Of a stretch of 64,000 bases of DNA, positions 57,833-64,000 are shown piece after piece. The translations under genes and the position numbers were made by a program. The first letter of the stretch is position 1. Every line of letters begins with the position of its first letter. The notes under the pieces were generated by a model. It was not told the origin of the DNA, did not search any database, and was given only the letters and a program-made list of their open reading frames with translations. This DNA comes from an uncultured Nitrososphaerales archaeon (GTDB taxonomy: Archaea > Thermoproteota > Nitrososphaeria > Nitrososphaerales > Nitrososphaeraceae): assembly GCA_963713605.1 (NCBI GenBank), contig CAVQMO010000001.1:608001-672000 (forward strand). The letters are read 5' to 3'.

Positions 57833-58738
57833 TTACCTGCCATCAAAAGAGATCTCCTGCCTATGCCTAATGAATCGAAGGAAAATGAAAATGAATGGCA
57901 AAGAAGCCGAACCATACGCAATTTGAATGGGTAACTTGGAATTTAGCGCCAATCCTAGAACTAAGTACATCGTAAACATAACGCAAATGATACCCATAAC
58001 AACATACTCCCTTGTTATCAAAAGAAATCTGTCTACATCAAAATGACGGTAGTGAGTTGAATGGTGGATAACTGGCATTATGAACATAACTGTTGCTACC
58101 GTTACCGCATAAAGTGCTGCCAAGAGGATCATGCTATCAGAAAATTGAAAGTATGATGGAGGGCTCACTGCGATATTCAAGAGAAAACCAAAAAAAATTG
58201 AAGAAGCTGCTCCTAATATTTGACCCCAACGCAAACCCGCACCCACTTTATCATAGGGCTCAGTAGATGAACTTTTAGTGAGATTAGTGGGAGCATACCT
58301 ATAGAATCGAATGAAAATAAAGATGAAAGGTAAGGAAGCTAAACCATATGCAATCTCATTTGGTAGCTTGGAATGTAGCGCCAATCCTAGACCTAAGTAC
58401 ATTGCAACCATTATGCAAAAAATACCTATCAAAGTGTACTTCTTGATTTTTAAAAGGAATTTCTCCACATCAAACTGACGATAGTGAATGAGATGATAGA
58501 TAACTGGTATTACGAACATAACTGTTGCTACTGTCATTGCATATAGTGCTGCCAAGAGGATTATGCTATCAGAAAATTGAAAGTATGATGGAGGGTTCAC
58601 CGCGATATTCAGGAGAAAACCAAAAAAAATTGAAGAAGCTGCTCCTAATATTTGACTCCAGCGCAAAGATCCACCGACTCTATCATAGGGCTCAGTAGAA
58701 GACCGTTTTATGGGATCGTCATCCGCTTGAGATGGCAT
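57833..58738 (-). CDS. Membrane protein with two tandem 4-TM domains (DUF6328-like)
   Basis: Internal duplication of SSTEPYD..QILGAASSIFFGFLLNIAV.. Confidence 0.7.
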   Translation of the reverse strand: MPSQADDDPIKRSSTEPYDRVGGSLRWSQILGAASSIFFGFLLNIAVNPPSYFQFSDSIILLAALYAMTVATVMFVIPVIYHLIHYRQFDVEKFLLKIKKYTLIGIFCIMVAMYLGLGLALHSKLPNEIAYGLASLPFIFIFIRFYRYAPTNLTKSSSTEPYDKVGAGLRWGQILGAASSIFFGFLLNIAVSPPSYFQFSDSMILLAALYAVTVATVMFIMPVIHHSTHYRHFDVDRFLLITREYVVMGIICVMFTMYLVLGLALNSKLPIQIAYGSASLPFIFIFLRFIRHRQEISFDGR

Positions 58739-58985
58739 TCGAGGATACCGTGTCTATTATATGATAACAATATAAACCATGATAAATGTGAATTCTTGCT
58801 TTCCTAGCGAAAGCAACTGATTTTTTTCAAGCTAATAATGCAATCACTCTACTTGTGTATTATTAATTTTACAGTGTAAGATTGAAATAATTCTGCGTTG
58901 TGGCTATGCCCAAATTTTCAAGATAAGGAAAGTTCTGTTTTGTACCTCTAGGAAATCTAACTTCTAATAACTTTCTGGTTGTGTA

Positions 58986-59439
58986 TTAGTGTGTTTTTTT
59001 GAAGAATAGAAGGAAAATAAAGATGAATGGCAAAGAAGCCAAACCATATGCAATCTGTATTGGTAGCTTAGAATTCATCGCCAATCCTAGACCTAAGTAC
59101 ATCGCAACCATTAAGCAAAAAATACCTAACATAGCATACTCCTTCGTTGTCAAAAGAAATCTCTCTACATCTAACTGGTGATAATGAGTCGAATGGTGGA
59201 TAACTGGCATTAAGAACATAGCTGTTGCTACTGCTACTGCATAAAGTGTCTGCCAAGAGGATTATGCTATCAGAAAAATGAAAGTATGATGGAGGGTTCA
59301 TTGAAATATGTAGGAGAAAACCAAAAAAAATTGAAGAGGCTGGTATCAATACAATCACCCAATCTAGATTGGAAGCAACCCTAGAATAGCGTTCAGTGGA
59401 TGAACGTTTTACAGGATCATCATCTGATCTAGAAGACAT
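58986..59439 (-). CDS. Single-domain paralogue of the preceding gene, frameshift near 59250
   Basis: ASSIFFGFLL..PPSYF..; MPVIHHSTHY. Confidence 0.7.
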
Positions 59440-59897
59440 TCGAGGATATTCTAACTTAAATGTGCTATTTAAACTTGAGATAGAAATTCACTTGCTTCCC
59501 GATCGGAACTAGTATAGTTATGGTCAATTTTGATGTCAAGGACAGTAAGTTCCATAACGGTCTATATCAAACCATCTTGCTCGTGAAAAACTGCAATGGT
59601 AGCGAAGATTTCGTACTTTATAGGCCGCCTAATAGCGGATATGTATGTAGCAGTCCTTCTATAGTACACTCTTTTTCTGTATTCTATCCACGCCCCATAG
59701 GAATAACAAATATCCTCCGGAAAATTGATTGCCTTTGCCTCAATTAGACATTCAATTGTGCCAAGCCCATTACGTTGCCAATTAGCAGAATATTCTTAAT
59801 TTGTTTCTAGTTAATTCGTTCGCATTTTACTACATTTCCATATTCTGTTTCAGACTCTTCATCTATATCCACTAGTTTATAATCTTCAGCTAGGATA

Positions 59898-60431
59898 CTA
59901 CAGACAAGTCAATCCACAGTTAAGAGATCTTTGGTTAGAGTATGTTCGATTGGAAGTGTAGCCGGAAGGGTCTGATGCAATACTGTTTGTACTAATCTCG
60001 AATCCATTGGTCGCATTTGAAGGGTATTCTATAGACGCTAAATCGCCGCTAACCATATTGTAGGTGTCTTGTCGGTTCCGTACTACAAAAGATTGCTCGG
60101 TTCCCGTCGGCCCCAACGCTGATACATCCCATGTACCTATCGTTGCTGCTACTGTATGGTCACTTCCTTTTCTGACGAGAACCTCAAACGCTAGTTTGTC
60201 AGCAAAGCTTCAGGCCATAAGGTCTTTGTATTGTTTGCTGTCAGGTGGAAAGGATTCAAAGATTTCATACACTTTATCTGCTATCCCTGATTCTTCGACT
60301 GTCAACTCATGGTCTGATATTACAGTTAGTATTTTGTTCTTTGTTTCTTCTGACGTGCCAGCAGGCCAGGCATATACTACATTAACAATGCCTACTATCA
60401 ACGGTATTTCAACAATAAGTATAGTTGACAT
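59898..60431 (-). CDS. Hypothetical protein, probably frameshifted near 60210
   Basis: Two consecutive same-strand ORFs; N-terminal hydrophobic segment. Confidence 0.4.
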
Positions 60432-60908
60432 TTATTAGTAGTCTATTGTAGAACGTTCAAAGGTTTAAGTTATACTATATGATACTACTACGTCCTTCAG
60501 CCGCATCCTTTTCATGTTCTTAGGACTTAAGTTAGTCGTTTCTTACTCTACATCCTCTTCGTATATGTCTTCAGGCGCGCCTAGACCCCATCCAGGTCTA
60601 AAGTCATTTGTGACCGTATCCTGCAGGTGCTCCTTAAGTTCGAATCTAGGTCTGTTGACGTCGATGGAAACGACATGATTAACCTTGATACCAATATTGG
60701 GGTTTTGTCTTAGTTCAATCAGACGACGGCCAAGAGAAGTTCTAGAGTTTTATCCCGTAGAGTGTCCAGAGTGATTTGGAGATTAGTTGCTTGTGCAGGA
60801 GATTCAAAATATGAATGAAAGTAATGCCACTAATTATTTAACTGGCATCGGAGCGCATGGGATTCCAATAATATCTAACAATCAGAGTTTAGCAGTGGAC
60901 CTTATAGA

Positions 60909-61223
60909 TTACATTTTTGATAACAGGTCTGCCTTGAGTTTCTGGAACTCCTCGTCAGATAATATTCCTTTTTGGTGCAGATCAGCATATTTCTGCAACT
61001 TTTGAGTGACATCTTCCTGCTGTGGTTGGGGTTGGGATTGAGGTTGTTGATTTTGTTGCTGCATGGCTTCTATTTGCTTTTGCTGTGCTTCTATCTGTTG
61101 TTGTGATGCTTGTTGTTGAGCTTGTGCTGCCTGAGCCTGTTGTTGCTCCTGAGCACCAGCGCGACTTCTGGCTACGTGTGCTCCTACAGCTGCTGCTGCC
61201 CATCTTCCTCTCATAACCTTCAA
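60909..61223 (-). CDS. SHOCT domain protein, Gln-rich
   Basis: KLQKYADLHQKGILSDEEFQKLKADLL. Confidence 0.85.
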   Translation of the reverse strand: MKVMRGRWAAAAVGAHVARSRAGAQEQQQAQAAQAQQQASQQQIEAQQKQIEAMQQQNQQPQSQPQPQQEDVTQKLQKYADLHQKGILSDEEFQKLKADLLSKM

Positions 61224-61611
61224 TAGAGTATATGTAGTTAATATACTTTCAAAATGGAAATTTTAGTATGTCAGTTATGGTTTAACTCCTTGGGCCTCTT
61301 CCACTTGGCCCAGGCGTTGGAGCGGGTCGACATATTCGGGTCGGCTGAGGCGATACACCATTCTCTGCACTCACGCATTTAACGGTTGACAAGTGAAATC
61401 AGCAAACCAAAAACAGGTTGGCCAGTCATCATCATTCAACCTATTCCATTTCCATTTCCATTTCTGTCAGTCACTTAGACAGTAAAAAAAGAAGGGTTTA
61501 GTTTGCGGCGATTAAAGCGTTGGTTCCTTGAGTGCCAAAGCTAAGATGTAATACCTGCGGAGCACTGGTATTCGCTAATGGTTTGCTATCACAAAACATA
61601 ATCCGGTCTCA

Positions 61612-62517
61612 TTGATTATAATCCAGAAGATGCTGACAACATATGAATATTCAATATACACTATGCATATGCTGAACAAGGACAAGAATCAGCCTTACCC
61701 CATCTTGTCTGTAATTAAAAGTTTATCTTTAGGCGGATTAGTAATTAAGAATGAAAAATTGTTTAAAGTCATTTTGCCTTCAGGCCGTACCGTGGCACCT
61801 GCATTGATAGTTGTAGATATGCAGAATGGTTTCGTGTCAAAGGGAGGATCGTATGATAAAATTGGTATGAACACCTCTCTGTATAGAGAGATTATTCCAA
61901 AGCTTAAGGATTTAATTGAATTCTGCAGGAGTATGGGTATTCCTGTCTTTTACACCGAAGCAGTAAAGGAGGAAAGTGGCATTGACATTCTTACAAACGT
62001 CCATAACATCTTACCCAAATCAAGACAGGAGAGATTGAAAGTACCCATATGTATTAGAGGTACTTGGGATGGAGTAACAATCGATGAACTAAAACCTAAA
62101 GAGAAAGATCCTGTAATTATAAAACGAAGGGATGGTGCTTTCCTAGATACAGATTTCCGGATTATGCTTCAGAGTCAGGGCATTAATCTCTTGGTATTTA
62201 CTGGAATTGATACTTCTATTTGTGTAGAGACTTCATTAAGGGATGGATTTAACTTAGGTTACGATGTGATGATAATATCTGATGCTACGGCGTCCGGGGA
62301 CAAGAGACATTATGAAACAACTCTGGAAAGAGTAAGAGATTACTATGGATTAGTAATGAATACTGAGAAGTTTAAAGAAGCGGTCGGGAAACTAGATAAA
62401 ATGCGAAAGGGTGAAGCCAAAGCCTTTATGGAGTCACAAGAACAAGCCGAAGCCTTTTTAGAGGAATTTAATTTACTAGACCCTAGGAAATTTGCTGCTG
62501 AACAAGTCAACCTTTAG
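61612..62517 (+). CDS. Isochorismatase-family cysteine hydrolase (RutB-like)
   Basis: VVDMQNGF (Asp), IIKRR (Lys), GIDTSICVETS (Cys); true start probably downstream. Confidence 0.88.
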   Translation: MIIIQKMLTTYEYSIYTMHMLNKDKNQPYPILSVIKSLSLGGLVIKNEKLFKVILPSGRTVAPALIVVDMQNGFVSKGGSYDKIGMNTSLYREIIPKLKDLIEFCRSMGIPVFYTEAVKEESGIDILTNVHNILPKSRQERLKVPICIRGTWDGVTIDELKPKEKDPVIIKRRDGAFLDTDFRIMLQSQGINLLVFTGIDTSICVETSLRDGFNLGYDVMIISDATASGDKRHYETTLERVRDYYGLVMNTEKFKEAVGKLDKMRKGEAKAFMESQEQAEAFLEEFNLLDPRKFAAEQVNL

Positions 62518-62660
62518 AATAAGTTAGTAGTGGTAGCCGGTCGAATTACGTAATCGAATGGTTTATCTTCACTTCGAGTTGGTTTACTTGTTTACTACCA
62601 AGTTAAGATAACTAGATTTCTCCACTATATGTAGGCATTAAAGGTCTGGCAATAACCTCT

Positions 62661-62779
62661 ATGGCAATGCTTGCACACGCAAAAGAACTTTTAGAACATC
62701 GAAATGGAATGATCGCTAAGAGGCTACCTGTATTGATGACTTGTTTGATTCATTCAGATTGTCGTTGATGTTCTGGCAT
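62661..62779 (+). pseudogene. Terminase-large-subunit-like C-terminal remnant 1
   Basis: MLAHAKELLEHRNGMIA / EATCIDDLFDSFRLSLMFWH. Confidence 0.5.
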
Positions 62780-62782
62780 CGA

Positions 62783-63112
62783 CTACTTCTGCTTGGCTCC
62801 TTCGAGGAATGCTCGGGGATCAAAGATCACCTTAACCGAACTTATTTTCCTATCGTCATCGACATGATACCACACGCACACAAGTTGAGAATTCAACTCG
62901 TGGAGAATGCAGACATCGTTGCTATCTGCGAACTCCTTCTTGATGTCGAATTTGACTAACTGCCCAGTCTCGTACAGGTGTAGATTATATTTCAGGTATG
63001 GTTCAGCCCTATCGAACGAATTAAGAGGCGACACGTACGATACATTATCCTTCAAATAGCCTCTGGCCGATTGAAAGTCTCGGCGCTCCGTAGCCTCTGT
63101 GAACTCCAGCAC
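62783..63112 (-). CDS. SnoaL/NTF2-like protein
   Basis: DFQSARGYLKDNVSY..FADSNDVC..KISSVKVIFDPR. Confidence 0.8.
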   Translation of the reverse strand: MLEFTEATERRDFQSARGYLKDNVSYVSPLNSFDRAEPYLKYNLHLYETGQLVKFDIKKEFADSNDVCILHELNSQLVCVWYHVDDDRKISSVKVIFDPRAFLEGAKQK

Positions 63113-63189
63113 GATATCCCTTGCACTTTTTACAGAAGATTCAATCTTTTGCGTAGCATTCCTTCGGTAGCATTGAATTTATCCTTAGG

Positions 63190-63280
63190 GGAAGTAGTAC
63201 TTCCAGAATCGGACATCTTTATTACTAATTATAATGCAATAGAGGAAGTAGTACTTCCAGAATCGGACATCTTTATTACT
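63190..63280. repeat. 37-bp direct repeat x2 (period 54) containing palindrome GGAAGTAgTACTTCC
   Basis: Copies at 63190-63226 and 63244-63280. Confidence 0.9.
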
Positions 63281-63328
63281 TTCACATGCAATGCGTAATG
63301 CGTAATCCTGATATGTGACAGGAAACGC

Positions 63329-63403
63329 TCCCTGGACAAAGAAGCAACTAGTCATGACGATCTCATGGATGCCTTTCGGATGTCTCTGCTGTTCTGGCAC
63401 TAA
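63329..63403 (+). pseudogene. Terminase-large-subunit-like C-terminal remnant 2
   Basis: SLDKEATSHDDLMDAFRMSLLFWH*. Confidence 0.55.
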
Positions 63404-63581
63404 AAAAAGACGCGTGAGGTTTGTCCAGTGGACGTTTGGCTGCTGCAACTGTAACATTTTCTGCTGGTGAAGAAATCGGCATTTATACCTCGATATTTGT
63501 AATTTACAGTGGTGTTTCCAACGATACTCCGTTTTTTTCATTGTGGATACTAGACAACTTTATTAGTTCTACACTTGTAAC

Positions 63582-64000
63582 ATGGCGATAACTTTGTCTA
63601 AACCGCCTCGCTCTGGCCGGTCCAATTTCTATCATGACCTCGTAACTGTAGATTTTCATCAATCACAGATCAAATGGGGTGTAAAGTTTGCTACATTATT
63701 AATAATTCCAATAGTATTAGGGCTGATCACTGGCCATGTTGCTGAGGCATCTTATATCTGTTTCACAGCAGCGTTTGTGCTGGCAGCAGATCAGCTTCGT
63801 TCTAATGGTCCACGAACACGCTTCCTGCTGATAGTTTCCATACTATACGCATTAATTTTCGCCATCGGCATGGTCATAAGCATAAGCAGTAACCTTGTAG
63901 TACCGCTCTGTGGCCTTGGATTATTCATCATATCATTCTTCGCGGTATATCCAAAAACGTTCGGGCTCGTGCTTTTTGCCGGCTTAATGTTTATCATTGC
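63582..64000 (+). CDS. FUSC-like membrane protein (truncated by window edge)
   Basis: Open frame from ATG 63582 to the window end with multiple TM segments (LLIIPIVLGLITG..); not in ORF track. Confidence 0.6.
   Translation, partial: MAITLSKPPRSGRSNFYHDLVTVDFHQSQIKWGVKFATLLIIPIVLGLITGHVAEASYICFTAAFVLAADQLRSNGPRTRFLLIVSILYALIFAIGMVISISSNLVVPLCGLGLFIISFFAVYPKTFGLVLFAGLMFII

Noticed and set aside
63190..63280. Possible mini-CRISPR array
   Set aside because: Only two repeats, a 17-bp spacer and no cas genes

Overview
Archaeal chromosomal segment, most consistent with an ammonia-oxidising Nitrososphaeraceae-type genome (aIF2-alpha/Nop10, group II chaperonin, several cupredoxins, urease, Amt/P-II). 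This taxonomy is inferred from gene content. Layout: (i) 1-22 kb housekeeping genes plus a glycosylation cluster, cobO divergent from an MtrA-like gene, two deoxyhypusine-synthase paralogues, an orphan ParB and an Lrp regulator. (ii) 22.8-35.3 kb urea-utilisation locus: decayed DUR3(-USP) transporter, UT-type urea channel, ureABC, a divergent chaperonin plus a tightly coupled unknown ORF inserted inside the cluster, then ureEFGD. An identical GTCGACGTCGAC palindrome lies upstream of both the UT gene and ureA. (iii) 35-64 kb accessory region with amt-glnB, cupredoxins, ClC, patatin, a RutB-like hydrolase and many short gene remnants, including a second ureD 3' end and two terminase-like C-termini. 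Many genes carry single frameshifts that may be sequencing errors. No rRNA, tRNA, CRISPR array or intact mobile element was seen.
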